Positions 34,995 through 44,567 of a stretch of 64,000 bases of DNA are shown piece by piece; the first letter of the stretch is position 1, and the number at the start of each line of letters is the position of its first letter. Below the pieces are notes generated by a model, which did not search any database, was not told where the DNA came from, and worked only from the letters and a program-made list of their open reading frames with translations. The position numbers were made by a program, and so were the translations under genes. Source of the DNA: a virus; IMG/VR virus record IMGVR_UViG_3300045988_154953. One strand, written 5' to 3'.

Positions 34995-35240
34995 ATGAAA
35001 AGAATATTTGTAAACAATGGTGATAGCATCGTATTAAACGCTGATCCAAATGAAAAAGGGTTAGAAGTTGTTAGTTTAGATTCAAACATTGGAATTAATT
35101 ATAGCTATATAATCCCAGAAGGCGAAATAGTTATGTTACTTAATTATTATAGGAATTGTAAGAGTGGATTAGAGAAATCTGATTATATCTCTAAAGGCAG
35201 AATTATTAATACTAATAGTTTAAAGCTTGAATATTTATAG
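34995..35240 (+). CDS. hypothetical protein
   Basis: Track start 34977 is TTG; ATG at 34995 has better spacing to AAAGGA. Confidence 0.5.
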   Translation: MKRIFVNNGDSIVLNADPNEKGLEVVSLDSNIGINYSYIIPEGEIVMLLNYYRNCKSGLEKSDYISKGRIINTNSLKLEYL

Positions 35241-35283
35241 AAATTAATTTTTAACAGTAGTAAAAATGATTATGGAGGCGAAA

Positions 35284-35472
35284 ATGAAAGATTTATTTTA
35301 TTTAATCATCGGTTTATTTTATTTAATCAGCTGTTTATTTTATTTGTATGTAAGACGTAGATATATAAATAAAGATGTATATACTTTCGCTTATTATGTT
35401 TTTGTCATTGCATCTTTTTTAATGATGTTAACGTCTATTTTTTTTAATATCATCAGGAATGTAACTAGATAA
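35284..35472 (+). CDS. hypothetical membrane protein
   Basis: ATG at 35284 after TGGAGG. Hydrophobic sequence LFYLIIGLFYLISCLFYL... Confidence 0.55.
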   Translation: MKDLFYLIIGLFYLISCLFYLYVRRRYINKDVYTFAYYVFVIASFLMMLTSIFFNIIRNVTR

Positions 35473-35488
35473 AAGTAAATGGTGAGTT

Positions 35489-35689
35489 ATGATTAAAATT
35501 TTAAAACAATATGCAAATGAATATGTAGCATGTTTGCCGGTGTCTTGCGAGACTGAAATCATGGATGAAGTGATAAATACAATTCACGAATTACATTTAT
35601 CCGAAGAAAAGAAAGCTGCAGCGATTGAAGATGCAAACAATGAAAAAGTGTGTAATCTAACAGATACAATAGAAATTGAATTTATTTAG
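35489..35689 (+). CDS. hypothetical protein
   Basis: ORF track; GGTGAG upstream. Confidence 0.5.
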   Translation: MIKILKQYANEYVACLPVSCETEIMDEVINTIHELHLSEEKKAAAIEDANNEKVCNLTDTIEIEFI

Positions 35690-35705
35690 AGAGGATGTAT
35701 GAATT

Positions 35706-36887
35706 ATGATGAAATTTACAATATATGCAAAAGTTTTAAAGGAAATGATTGAAAAAGCCGCTACTACAATTGATAAGAAATCTGTATTAGAGAGTTTAAA
35801 GAGATTATATATGCAAATTGATGAAAATGAAACTTTGAGAATTTGGAGTTCTGATCTCAATCACTATGTAGAAATTAGGAATAATTCTGTATATTTAACA
35901 AGTCCAGGAATTGTAGGGATTGATATTGATGATATTAAAATCATCACGAAAATGACTGGTGAAGTTACAATTGAAGATGTATCAACAGAAAACGAAAGGA
36001 AAATTAATATAATCTGTGGAAAGAAAACAGTTTCAATTCCAGGATATGGAAATACAGATATCTTTTTACCAGATATGGATGATACCGAAATGAAGATTTT
36101 AGGTGTAAAAGAAAATTGGTTACTTGATACAATCACGAAGTTATCTACATTTACTTCTGATGATGGTCGTAATAAGATGCTAATGGTATTCAATTTTAAT
36201 ATAAAAGATAAACGAGTAGAGGCTTTGGATGGTCGAATGATTGGTATGAGATCTCTTGAAAGCCAAACAGTCTATACTGTATCTGATAATCGTTTTGATA
36301 CAGTAAAGCTTCATAGAATGTGTGTTCCGGTATTTAAGAAGTTATTAGGTAAAAAATCTGAAAGAGAAGTTATTATATCTCAGGATAAAAAATATGTGAA
36401 AGTGGAGGGAGATGATTTTACGTATATCATCAGAAGAATTGATGGGGAATATTTCAATGTTGAAAGTGTTTTGAATATTTCAGAACGATTCAGATATATA
36501 GCCAATAGAGAAAACTTTTTGGAAGTAATGAAGTATAATGATGACTTGATTAAAACTTCTAAATGTGACAGAGATTATGTAATTATGCATACAGAAAATA
36601 ATATTATGTATTCATATATAAATACAGGTAAATATGAAGCATTAGATGAATTGGAAGTTAAAGAAAATACTATGAATGATGAATTGTATATAGCATATAA
36701 TCCAAAGTTCTTAGTAGATGTATTTAATATCATTGATTCAGATGAGCCAGTATGTATAGGGAAAGATCGTGTTTCTCCATTGATTATTACAGGCAATGAA
36801 TATAGTTTTTTAATATTACCTGTAAGTATTGGAAATAAAAATTACATTACAAACTTTACAAAGAGAATTAGAGGCGAGGTGGCATAA
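35706..36887 (+). CDS. DNA polymerase III beta sliding-clamp-like protein
   Basis: 393 aa. MKFTI...L..MIEKAATTIDKKSVLESLKRLYMQIDENETLRIWSSDLNHYVEI and ALDGRMIGMRSLE parallel DnaN (P-L-L..I.l, atDle, ATDGHRLA). Confidence 0.55.
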   Translation: MMKFTIYAKVLKEMIEKAATTIDKKSVLESLKRLYMQIDENETLRIWSSDLNHYVEIRNNSVYLTSPGIVGIDIDDIKIITKMTGEVTIEDVSTENERKINIICGKKTVSIPGYGNTDIFLPDMDDTEMKILGVKENWLLDTITKLSTFTSDDGRNKMLMVFNFNIKDKRVEALDGRMIGMRSLESQTVYTVSDNRFDTVKLHRMCVPVFKKLLGKKSEREVIISQDKKYVKVEGDDFTYIIRRIDGEYFNVESVLNISERFRYIANRENFLEVMKYNDDLIKTSKCDRDYVIMHTENNIMYSYINTGKYEALDELEVKENTMNDELYIAYNPKFLVDVFNIIDSDEPVCIGKDRVSPLIITGNEYSFLILPVSIGNKNYITNFTKRIRGEVA

Positions 36888-36967
36888 TCCACATTGCTTT
36901 TGGAAGTGGGAAATGAAATTAAGTTATTCGCTGTTGTTGATAATGATTGTTTAAAGGAGTGATTAAT

Positions 36968-37141
36968 ATGATGACAAAAGAGAGCTTTGAAAAGACAAAT
37001 TATAAAATGAGTTATGAAGAGTACCTGAAATGCTACTGTGGTGAATGTAATAAAACAGATTGTATCCATAGAAATGCATATAGAAGAATACCTAAAATTG
37101 ATGGTGGACTTGGTTTATGTCCTAACCTGAAGGGAGAGTGA
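36968..37141 (+). CDS. hypothetical Cys-rich protein
   Basis: ATG at 36968 after AAAGGAG. CYCGECNKTDCIH...LCP. Confidence 0.5.
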   Translation: MMTKESFEKTNYKMSYEEYLKCYCGECNKTDCIHRNAYRRIPKIDGGLGLCPNLKGE

Positions 37142-37146
37142 TTTAA

Positions 37147-37332
37147 ATGTACAGAGTATATAAATTAACGGATGAAGAGAAAGATAAAATTGTGCGATGT
37201 CATTGGGATGGAGATACACATTACTATGATGTATTTGAATCACAAGAAGAGTGCGATGAAGAACAGAAAAGACTAGATAAAATTGAAGCAGAATATAAAA
37301 AACAAAAAGATGATTATTTAAAAAAAGTGTAA
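37147..37332 (+). CDS. hypothetical protein
   Basis: GGGAGAG upstream; ORF track. Confidence 0.55.
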   Translation: MYRVYKLTDEEKDKIVRCHWDGDTHYYDVFESQEECDEEQKRLDKIEAEYKKQKDDYLKKV

Positions 37333-37345
37333 AGGAGTGATTAAG

Positions 37346-37553
37346 ATGTTTAAATATATTATCAGTTATGACGGTGGATTTTTAAGAGACAGCTCCGATT
37401 TTGAATGGGGGATTATTTAATTCCTATGATGAAGCAGAAGAAGAAGCTAATAATGCAAAGGAAGAATATATGAGAGATTGGGATATTGAAGGCAGTGAAT
37501 ATGATTCTGATGATTTCTGTATTGAGATTGAGGAGGTGTTATTGATATGGTAG
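37346..37553 (+). pseudogene. small gene split by a frameshift at a G5 tract
   Basis: ATG at 37346 after AAAGGAG gives MFKYIISYDGGFLRDSSDFEWG, then TAA at 37418. Removing one G of GGGGG (37407-37411) continues LFNSYDEAEEEANNAKEEYMRDWDIEGSEYDSDDFCIEIEEVLLIW up to TAG at 37551. Confidence 0.5.
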
Positions 37554-37828
37554 ACCAGTGGACGGGCGAATGGACGGAAAAATTAGATGAAGTAACAAAT
37601 AAATACTTTCAGAATGTCATTAAAAATTCATGGACATGGCAGCGTTTGACAGAAGAAGAGAAACAAAGATTTGTCAATCTTGATGTTTTTAATGAAATCA
37701 AAGGAAATAAAGATGCAAGAGAACAGTGGTTATTTACTATCTATGCCGGATTTTTAACTGGAGTGGGTTTTAACGGATCTATTAGATGGAGGGCGACAGA
37801 AGATAAGAAAGAAAAACCATTTTTCTAA
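37547..37828 (+). CDS. hypothetical protein
   Basis: GAGGAGG upstream; ORF track. Confidence 0.6.
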   Translation: MVDQWTGEWTEKLDEVTNKYFQNVIKNSWTWQRLTEEEKQRFVNLDVFNEIKGNKDAREQWLFTIYAGFLTGVGFNGSIRWRATEDKKEKPFF

Positions 37829-37862
37829 AACAAAGAAATAGCAATTTCATGGGAGGAAAATT

Positions 37863-38057
37863 ATGTGGTTTTTTGAAGCAGAATACGTAAATATGGATTG
37901 TGATAGTTCTATTGATTCAGTAAGACGGAGAATAGAATTTGACGGAGATAATTTCTTTGATACTGAAAAAGAATGTTATTTATATGCTATGGAACAGGCA
38001 TTGAAAATGCAAAAGAAAAACGAATGTTTGAGTAAATTGGAATTTATAGCGTGTTAG
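37863..38057 (+). CDS. hypothetical protein
   Basis: GGGAGGAAA upstream; ORF track. Confidence 0.55.
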   Translation: MWFFEAEYVNMDCDSSIDSVRRRIEFDGDNFFDTEKECYLYAMEQALKMQKKNECLSKLEFIAC

Positions 38058-38074
38058 AGATGGAGTGATGAATT

Positions 38075-38308
38075 ATGACAAAAGTAGAATATGCAAAGTG
38101 TGAAAAACTCATGGAAGAAGCTATTAGAAAAGCAAAAGACGCACAGAAAGATTTTATATATGCATGGAAAGAAGATGATCGATTACAACAGAAAATCTTA
38201 CGTGAAAGAGGTCAGAATCATTTAGGATATGCAAAAGGAATTAATCAAACACTTGTATGTATTGGTTTTAAGCATGAACGGATGGAAGAATTAGGGAATT
38301 TGTTATAG
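38075..38308 (+). CDS. hypothetical protein
   Basis: TGGAGTG upstream; ORF track. Confidence 0.55.
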   Translation: MTKVEYAKCEKLMEEAIRKAKDAQKDFIYAWKEDDRLQQKILRERGQNHLGYAKGINQTLVCIGFKHERMEELGNLL

Positions 38309-38320
38309 AAAGGATAGTTG

Positions 38321-38566
38321 ATGGAAATGAAAAATATAGATTATGCTAAGTTAGCTATGGCAATTATCAATGAGTATGAATCAGATCGTGCAGAATCTGG
38401 CAGGAAAGAAATTAGAAAAGGAATGAAACATGTGTTAGATAAATATAAATCTGAGCACGATAAAGAGATTATTGATGAAATGCTTATAACCTTTACTGGA
38501 TGGAATTTGGAAACACTTATTCAGAAGTCAGAAAAGATAAGTGATAATGAAATAGAAGAGGAATAA
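38321..38566 (+). CDS. hypothetical protein
   Basis: ATG at 38321 lies 6 nt after GAAAGGA; the track start at 38318 is TTG. Confidence 0.55.
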   Translation: MEMKNIDYAKLAMAIINEYESDRAESGRKEIRKGMKHVLDKYKSEHDKEIIDEMLITFTGWNLETLIQKSEKISDNEIEEE

Positions 38567-38569
38567 TTT

Positions 38570-38854
38570 ATGACAGAAGAACAACGGAAATTTAAAGAGA
38601 AAATAAAGTATGATTTAGGTTATGATGTTGATTTTAACACATATTGCATCACAAGAGGACGTGGATGGTCTAAGTCAGATGGATCATGCGGAGCTTGTAT
38701 TAATGCAACTTTTACAGGTGATAACGGAATTACTGGAACTATAACGTTACTACTTTGTCATCCATTAAGAGTATATAACAGAAAGAAATATAAATTGATA
38801 GAAATAGATAATGTACGTACACATGATACATTTATTGAGATTGAGAAGAAATAA
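38570..38854 (+). CDS. hypothetical protein
   Basis: GAGGAA upstream; ORF track. Confidence 0.55.
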   Translation: MTEEQRKFKEKIKYDLGYDVDFNTYCITRGRGWSKSDGSCGACINATFTGDNGITGTITLLLCHPLRVYNRKKYKLIEIDNVRTHDTFIEIEKK

Positions 38855-38874
38855 AAAATTGGAGATGGTAATTA

Positions 38875-39144
38875 ATGAATGCAACAATACAAAATGGTCA
38901 AGTAACGTATGTCGGTTTTAATCCGAATGATAACAACAAATGTCTTATTGAGACAAGAGGTAGTTATACATACGTGAACTATCAGGAAGATGAATTCACA
39001 CAAGTAATTTTGGGATATGTGATAAAACAGTCCAATGGAAAATATAAAGCGTTTCATGGATTAGATGAAAAGAATGCAAAGTATTTTGATACTGTTGATG
39101 ATGGAATTAAATATGTTAAATCATTCAAAACAGAAATGGAGTGA
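38875..39144 (+). CDS. hypothetical protein
   Basis: TTGGAGATGG upstream. Antisense ORF 38872..39057 rejected. Confidence 0.55.
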   Translation: MNATIQNGQVTYVGFNPNDNNKCLIETRGSYTYVNYQEDEFTQVILGYVIKQSNGKYKAFHGLDEKNAKYFDTVDDGIKYVKSFKTEME

Positions 39145-39150
39145 TAAATT

Positions 39151-39369
39151 ATGACAGTAAGAGAATTAAATAGAGATCAGTTACACGAACTGAAACAAGC
39201 ATATTATTCAGAACTTGTAAATGATGGCACTTTTGCAGAAGTGATGGGAGTTAATATTAATGAGCCGTCATATAAAATGATTACAAGTATTGATGAATAT
39301 GTTAGTGACGAATTTATTTATGAACACTATGATGGATATAGTTTTACAGAAGATGATTTTTTCCTGTAG
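39151..39369 (+). CDS. hypothetical protein
   Basis: TGGAGTG upstream; ORF track. Confidence 0.55.
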   Translation: MTVRELNRDQLHELKQAYYSELVNDGTFAEVMGVNINEPSYKMITSIDEYVSDEFIYEHYDGYSFTEDDFFL

Positions 39370-39390
39370 TGCGGAAAGGAGTGATGATAT

Positions 39391-39693
39391 ATGAAAGGTA
39401 CGATGAAAGTAAATAAATTAAATAAGTCAGGTCTGTATATTTCTGAAGTTGATTGGGATAAGTGTTATAAAAGTGAAAGTAATCCTGATGGAAATTTCGT
39501 AATGATAATTGAGCCATTGGAGGGATGTGATAAAGGAATTGTTTATTATGAAAAAGTAGACGGTGGATATCTTATTAAAGGTGAAGCTTATATTATAGAG
39601 GACAGAATTGATAGAATCGAAGCAGATATACGGAAATGGAAAACAGCATACAAAAAGAAACCATTTGATTATATAAAGGAGAAATTAAGTTAG
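39391..39693 (+). CDS. hypothetical protein
   Basis: GAAAGGAG upstream; ORF track. Confidence 0.6.
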   Translation: MKGTMKVNKLNKSGLYISEVDWDKCYKSESNPDGNFVMIIEPLEGCDKGIVYYEKVDGGYLIKGEAYIIEDRIDRIEADIRKWKTAYKKKPFDYIKEKLS

Positions 39694-39726
39694 CATGAAA
39701 CAAGATTTTCAACGGGAGGTATAAAA

Positions 39727-39957
39727 ATGTCAAAATTAAATTGGAATATAGTTCATGAATGTGATGATGAAGATGGAAATCCAACTCAGTGGTCTTCAGA
39801 AATTAATCATCCAAAATACGGAAAATATTGTTGGATTAATGATATGGGTGATTATTTTGGAGTAGAAGTTGATTATGGAGGTTTTACAGAACTAGTTGAA
39901 TGTAAGTCACTTATAAGTGCAAAAAGATGGGTGGCTACACAGTTAATGAAACGATAA
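39727..39957 (+). CDS. hypothetical protein
   Basis: GGGAGG upstream; ORF track. Confidence 0.55.
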   Translation: MSKLNWNIVHECDDEDGNPTQWSSEINHPKYGKYCWINDMGDYFGVEVDYGGFTELVECKSLISAKRWVATQLMKR

Positions 39958-39981
39958 TTTACTGTAAAGATTGGAGGAAAT

Positions 39982-40182
39982 ATGATGAAACGTGATTTAG
40001 TAGATGAATTATATAAAACGGCATATAAACGATATAGAGAAAAATATCCAAACAAAGATTTTGCATCTATTCCAAATTTTTTAAATTCACTTTGGTTTAG
40101 TATTGAAGGTGAACTTAATAGAAATGGATATGATGCTGCAAGAAAATATGCAGAAGAAGCAGAGTTAATTGTATTAAGGTGA
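39982..40182 (+). CDS. hypothetical protein
   Basis: Preceded by the recurrent junction AATTTACTGTAAAGATTGGAGGAAAT. Confidence 0.55.
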   Translation: MMKRDLVDELYKTAYKRYREKYPNKDFASIPNFLNSLWFSIEGELNRNGYDAARKYAEEAELIVLR

Positions 40183-40204
40183 ATGGTAAGATTGGAGGAA
40201 TAAA

Positions 40205-40537
40205 ATGGAATTATTAAAGGAATATTCAGAAAAATATGGATTAAAAGAAGTTGTAAATGACTATAACGATTATAGACAAACAAAAGAAAATAGTATTGTA
40301 TTCTCTAATGGGTGGGTTGCTTCCATTGTAAAAAATGATGGCATTGATGTTTATCATCCAAACGGAAAACATATCAAAGAATATAAATCCGACAAAAAGT
40401 ATTCAGTTGCGATGTGTGATTATAATGGATATTTTGACTGGGTTTTATTGAATCAATATGGAGCAATTGAAGGTTGTATTTATTGCGACACAGAATTAGA
40501 GATTTTGATTGCTTGCGAAACAATTAGGAGACTTTAA
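40205..40537 (+). CDS. hypothetical protein
   Basis: ATTGGAGGAA upstream; ORF track. Confidence 0.6.
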   Translation: MELLKEYSEKYGLKEVVNDYNDYRQTKENSIVFSNGWVASIVKNDGIDVYHPNGKHIKEYKSDKKYSVAMCDYNGYFDWVLLNQYGAIEGCIYCDTELEILIACETIRRL

Positions 40538-40587
40538 AGAAACCACAATGAAATGAGGATTTACTAGAAAGAATGGAGGTAATAAGG

Positions 40588-40845
40588 ATGCAGAATATTA
40601 CAGAAATTATCAATATTATAGAAAAATCATGGGGAGTGAATTCTATTGGTTGTCCTTTTGGTTCATGTACAGAGGACTTTGCGAATGAAAAGATGATAGA
40701 AATTGCCAATAGACATAATTTCCCTGACGATATAATTGATTTGATTAAAGATAATCCGATTAAGTTTCCTAAATATCAGAAATTTGATAATGGGCGTGGT
40801 ATAGGTAGATACTATGCAAATTTGATAAGACAAAAGAAACGATGA
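40588..40845 (+). CDS. hypothetical protein
   Basis: Trimmed to ATG at 40588 after ATGGAGG. Confidence 0.55.
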   Translation: MQNITEIINIIEKSWGVNSIGCPFGSCTEDFANEKMIEIANRHNFPDDIIDLIKDNPIKFPKYQKFDNGRGIGRYYANLIRQKKR

Positions 40846-40872
40846 TTTACTGTGAAGATTGGAGGAAATATT

Positions 40873-41079
40873 ATGGATGACATGCAGTTTTCGAGATACA
40901 GTTGCGACATAAGAGAAATATTAGAAAAGACAGATCAAGAGGGTCTTGAAAATCTTGTGCGTAATGCAGTTGCTTATTCACAGAGTAACAATAATAGCAA
41001 AGTAAATTGGATCGCACAGGAGTTATTTGTAGATGTGATTCCAGATGAAATGATTGCAGAGATTTTTAATAAGGAATAA
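40873..41079 (+). CDS. hypothetical protein
   Basis: ATG at 40873 after the junction GATTTACTGTGAAGATTGGAGGAAAT. Confidence 0.55.
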   Translation: MDDMQFSRYSCDIREILEKTDQEGLENLVRNAVAYSQSNNNSKVNWIAQELFVDVIPDEMIAEIFNKE

Positions 41080-41113
41080 ATGGATATTTCACAAGGAAAA
41101 TGGAGGAGCAGAT

Positions 41114-41581
41114 ATGGAATTTAAAGAGATGATTTTTAAAGGCTTATGTGATGGAATAGTAAAGATTATCAGTAATCCAAATGATGATTGTATTGTTTGC
41201 CAGATTGGAGAATTTTGGCTTTACTTTATTGGAAGCAAAGATGAAGATTTAACACCTGATGAAGTGTATGAGTCATGTACCAAGGAACAACTTGCAGAAA
41301 TGATTTATTCAACATTGCAGGATATGAAAAAGAATGAATTTGATGAAGTTGAATATTGTAAAGCATTTTTGGAAGAAAAATATATATGTAATACAGAAAA
41401 ATCCGATAATACGAATATGATTTTATGGAACGAACTAAAGAAACACAGAGGACATAAGGTGAGTATTGTGTCATATGGAGATTGGGATAATCCAGAAGAT
41501 GTATGCTTAGAGTGTGAGGATTGTGGAGAAGTTGTACTTGATGCAGAAATTTATACATTATGTGCAAGAGAAGATATTTAA
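41114..41581 (+). CDS. hypothetical protein
   Basis: Trimmed to ATG at 41114 (MEFKEM) after ATGGAGGAG. Antisense ORF 41226..41567 rejected. Confidence 0.6.
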   Translation: MEFKEMIFKGLCDGIVKIISNPNDDCIVCQIGEFWLYFIGSKDEDLTPDEVYESCTKEQLAEMIYSTLQDMKKNEFDEVEYCKAFLEEKYICNTEKSDNTNMILWNELKKHRGHKVSIVSYGDWDNPEDVCLECEDCGEVVLDAEIYTLCAREDI

Positions 41582-41600
41582 TTGAATGGAGGAAAACAAT

Positions 41601-41801
41601 ATGATGTGGACAAAATTATTTAATGTAGTCAGTATTGATAATTTAGAAGGATTGGTTTTTGCAAGATGTACCACTTATGAAAAAGCTGTTAAGGCAAAAG
41701 AGTGTTTAGAAAATAATGAATTTGAAAATATGATCGATATAGTTCAAGATGAAATTCCAGTAGATGTGATTGAAATTAATTCTCAGTTATTAGAACTGTA
41801 A
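41601..41801 (+). CDS. hypothetical protein
   Basis: Trimmed to ATG at 41601 after ATGGAGGAAA. Confidence 0.55.
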   Translation: MMWTKLFNVVSIDNLEGLVFARCTTYEKAVKAKECLENNEFENMIDIVQDEIPVDVIEINSQLLEL

Positions 41802-41876
41802 CAAGATGAATTGATTGCAGAAATTTTTAATAAGGAGTAAATGCGTGTTTCATTGGATTAGAAAGGTAGGTAAAAT

Positions 41877-42242
41877 ATGGGAAAAGGAATGAGTTTGGAA
41901 GAGTTTAGAACGGCTTTGTCAAGCGATGCGACTATTGAAAATGAAAAATTAAAAGCCGAATTAAAAACACTAAAAGAAAAATCGGAAACTGAAATAGCAG
42001 AACTGAAAGAAAAAAGTGAACAGTATGAACAATGGTGCAAACAATTAGGAAGAAGATGTTTTGTTCAGACTTGCGGAACAATGTGTGTAAGTTGTGGCGT
42101 CGAATGTTGTGATTATGCATTAACATGGGAAGATTGGGAAGCAATTACAAAGTATATGCAGAAAAACAAATTGCCACGAACAACGGAAACATATGAAAAG
42201 GTAATAAAATTCATATGTGATAGAAGAAAAAACAAACATTAA
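41877..42242 (+). CDS. hypothetical protein (coiled coil + Cys cluster)
   Basis: AAAGGTAGG upstream. CFVQTCGTMCVSCGVECC. Confidence 0.55.
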   Translation: MGKGMSLEEFRTALSSDATIENEKLKAELKTLKEKSETEIAELKEKSEQYEQWCKQLGRRCFVQTCGTMCVSCGVECCDYALTWEDWEAITKYMQKNKLPRTTETYEKVIKFICDRRKNKH

Positions 42243-42277
42243 AATTCGCATTTCAAAAGTAGATTGGAGGAAATTTT

Positions 42278-42595
42278 ATGGTACAAACAATAAAAATATC
42301 AAGCGAGGAAATGAATTTAATTAATGATTTACTCAATCTTACAGGAAATGAAATTTATCAGAAATATGGATATAAGAGAGATGAAACAATTACGCACACC
42401 GCAAAATTTCCAAACGGAATTGAAGCAGATATTAAGTTAGTACTTTGTGAAGAAGAAGCTCCATATACAGAAGGTGTATTATTCCATAATGGATTTGAAC
42501 TGACATGCACAGAACCAGATTGTATATATGACGGTGAATGGAACTTTGAACATAATGGAATTGAATACACTGTTCTCGTGGAAGTAGAAAATTGA
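42278..42595 (+). CDS. hypothetical protein
   Basis: ATTGGAGGAAA upstream; ORF track. Confidence 0.6.
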   Translation: MVQTIKISSEEMNLINDLLNLTGNEIYQKYGYKRDETITHTAKFPNGIEADIKLVLCEEEAPYTEGVLFHNGFELTCTEPDCIYDGEWNFEHNGIEYTVLVEVEN

Positions 42596-42666
42596 AGAAA
42601 CTAAGATTTCTTTGGAAGGAGTGAAGAGAAATAAATATATTTGGAATCAAAGAAGCAAACGAATAT

Positions 42667-42915
42667 ATGACAAAAATGAGAAGTGCGGTTGGTAGACATC
42701 TTAATGATCCAGATAGTATTTACTATGGAAAGGATGGTCATTTACGGCTTGCAAGGGAATGCGGATATGCCTTGAATGACTTCTGTGAAACAGGACAGAG
42801 AGAAATCTTATCCGGTAGTTATGGAATGATTTATGTAATAGGATGTAATCTCAAACCTATCCTTGATGCAAAAGAATGGATTAATGAAATGGAAAAAGGG
42901 AAAGTGAGGAAATAA
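42667..42915 (+). CDS. hypothetical protein
   Basis: ORF track; weak RBS. Confidence 0.45.
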   Translation: MTKMRSAVGRHLNDPDSIYYGKDGHLRLARECGYALNDFCETGQREILSGSYGMIYVIGCNLKPILDAKEWINEMEKGKVRK

Positions 42916-42916
42916 T

Positions 42917-43228
42917 ATGAAAAATAATTATAAAATTATAACACTATGTGGTAGTACAAAATTCAAAGATGAATTTTTAAAAGTACAAAAAGAACTTACA
43001 TTAGCCGGAAATATTGTAATTAGCGTAGGATTGTTTGGACATTCCGGGGATACAGAAGTTTGGGCAGAAGGTACAAAAGAAATGCTCGATGATATGCATA
43101 AGAAAAAAATTGATATGGCAGATGAAATTTTCGTAATCAATGTCGATGGTTATATTGGAAATTCAACAAAATCTGAAATTAAGTATGCTGAAGCACATAA
43201 TAAAAAAGTGAATTATCTTGTACATTAA
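42917..43228 (+). CDS. possible nucleoside 2-deoxyribosyltransferase-fold protein
   Basis: IITLCGSTKFKDEF...ADEIFVINVDGYIGNSTKSEIKYA resembles small Rossmann-like NDT-superfamily phage proteins. Tentative. Confidence 0.3.
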   Translation: MKNNYKIITLCGSTKFKDEFLKVQKELTLAGNIVISVGLFGHSGDTEVWAEGTKEMLDDMHKKKIDMADEIFVINVDGYIGNSTKSEIKYAEAHNKKVNYLVH

Positions 43229-43278
43229 GATTAAGAAACGAAAATTTCTAATGGCGATTCAAATAGGAGTGATTTTAT

Positions 43279-43644
43279 ATGAGAAATAGTTATGAAAGAT
43301 TGAAGAGTATACAGACATCCTTGGCTGAATTATCAAATAGTCTTGAGGAACAGTATTGTAAGATGTATCAAGAATGTAGAGATGAAATTATTAATGATAG
43401 AAGAGAATATGAGACAAAGAAAAATGAAATGTATTCGCTTTATGAGAAAATTTCAGATAGTGATTCAATGAGGATGACATGGATTAAGAATAAATTGCCA
43501 TGGTATATTATAAAATTTTGTAAAATTACAAGTACAGAAATATCTTTAAGAGACACAAGTATTTTTATTGGTGTAAACTTCGGTAAATCGTGTATACCAC
43601 ATTGTTATATTGAAATTACACCGAAAGATATTGGGTGGAGATAA
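43279..43644 (+). CDS. hypothetical protein
   Basis: TAGGAGTG upstream; ORF track. Confidence 0.55.
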   Translation: MRNSYERLKSIQTSLAELSNSLEEQYCKMYQECRDEIINDRREYETKKNEMYSLYEKISDSDSMRMTWIKNKLPWYIIKFCKITSTEISLRDTSIFIGVNFGKSCIPHCYIEITPKDIGWR

Positions 43645-43676
43645 CCGTGAAACGGAAAGTACCAGGAGAAAATAAT

Positions 43677-43898
43677 ATGCTGGAAAAGTTAATAGAACAT
43701 ACATATGGAACTCATATTTACTTGAAAATGAGATTAGACAATAAAAGAATAGAAGAAATAGATGTGTACTTACGAAACGATGGAGAGCATTATGTTACAA
43801 GTGCAGATCACGGAATAGAATTGTACAGTGGTGAAAATCTTAAACAGAGACAAAAGCTGCGACAGGAAATCATTGATGCTTTTAATGAATTGTATTAG
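43677..43898 (+). CDS. hypothetical protein
   Basis: Trimmed to ATG at 43677 after CAGGAG. Its last 27 nt recur at 46236-46262. Confidence 0.55.
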   Translation: MLEKLIEHTYGTHIYLKMRLDNKRIEEIDVYLRNDGEHYVTSADHGIELYSGENLKQRQKLRQEIIDAFNELY

Positions 43899-43917
43899 AT
43901 AGGATGGAGGGAACAAT

Positions 43918-44100
43918 ATGAAAATAAGAGATTTATTAGAAGTATTAAATACTGACAGCGTTGTTCTTGCAAGAGAAAATGCTATTCTTGTTGATTGTGA
44001 AACACCATATGTAAATCATGTACTTAGAGAATATATGGATGAAGAAATCGAGAGAATAACACCATTAAACAATGCAATAGAAATTATATTGAAAGAATAA
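43918..44100 (+). CDS. hypothetical protein
   Basis: ATGGAGGGAA upstream; ORF track. Confidence 0.55.
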   Translation: MKIRDLLEVLNTDSVVLARENAILVDCETPYVNHVLREYMDEEIERITPLNNAIEIILKE

Positions 44101-44166
44101 AATGGCGGTTTAGAAGGGAGGTGTAGTTAGATTACAGTTGGAGAATTTTGTTTAAAAAGAACTCAA

Positions 44167-44358
44167 GTGCTTGAATTATGCATTATTAGAAAAAATGGTT
44201 GGATTACTGGGGCAGTGTGGATTGATCATGAAGACTTATTCGCAATACATCCAGATTTAAGAGAAGCCGAAGTAAGATCAGATGAATGGGGCACAATTCC
44301 CATTGTTATGAAACACGGAGATACAATTGAAGTACCGTGTCATTATATTGATTGTTAG
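44167..44358 (+). CDS. hypothetical protein (start uncertain; may begin at ATT 44131)
   Basis: The track start is GTG with no RBS. The frame is open from 44131, where ATT lies 7 nt after GAAGGGAGGTG. Confidence 0.5.
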   Translation: MLELCIIRKNGWITGAVWIDHEDLFAIHPDLREAEVRSDEWGTIPIVMKHGDTIEVPCHYIDC

Positions 44359-44371
44359 AAAGGAGATTGTA

Positions 44372-44563
44372 ATGAAAAGAACAATAGCGGAAATTAAAAA
44401 ATCAACGGAAGAATGGTTAGATGAACGATGGATGATTGCCAATATGGAAGATACAAGACCGCAGGATATGAGTTATTACCGGGGCGCTTTAAAGGCAGTT
44501 GAATTTTTAGGTTATGATTGGCAGCGTGATGAAGATGGAAAACATACATTATACAAGAGGTAA
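44372..44563 (+). CDS. hypothetical protein
   Basis: Trimmed to ATG at 44372 after GAAAGGAG. Confidence 0.55.
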   Translation: MKRTIAEIKKSTEEWLDERWMIANMEDTRPQDMSYYRGALKAVEFLGYDWQRDEDGKHTLYKR

Positions 44564-44567
44564 CAAC

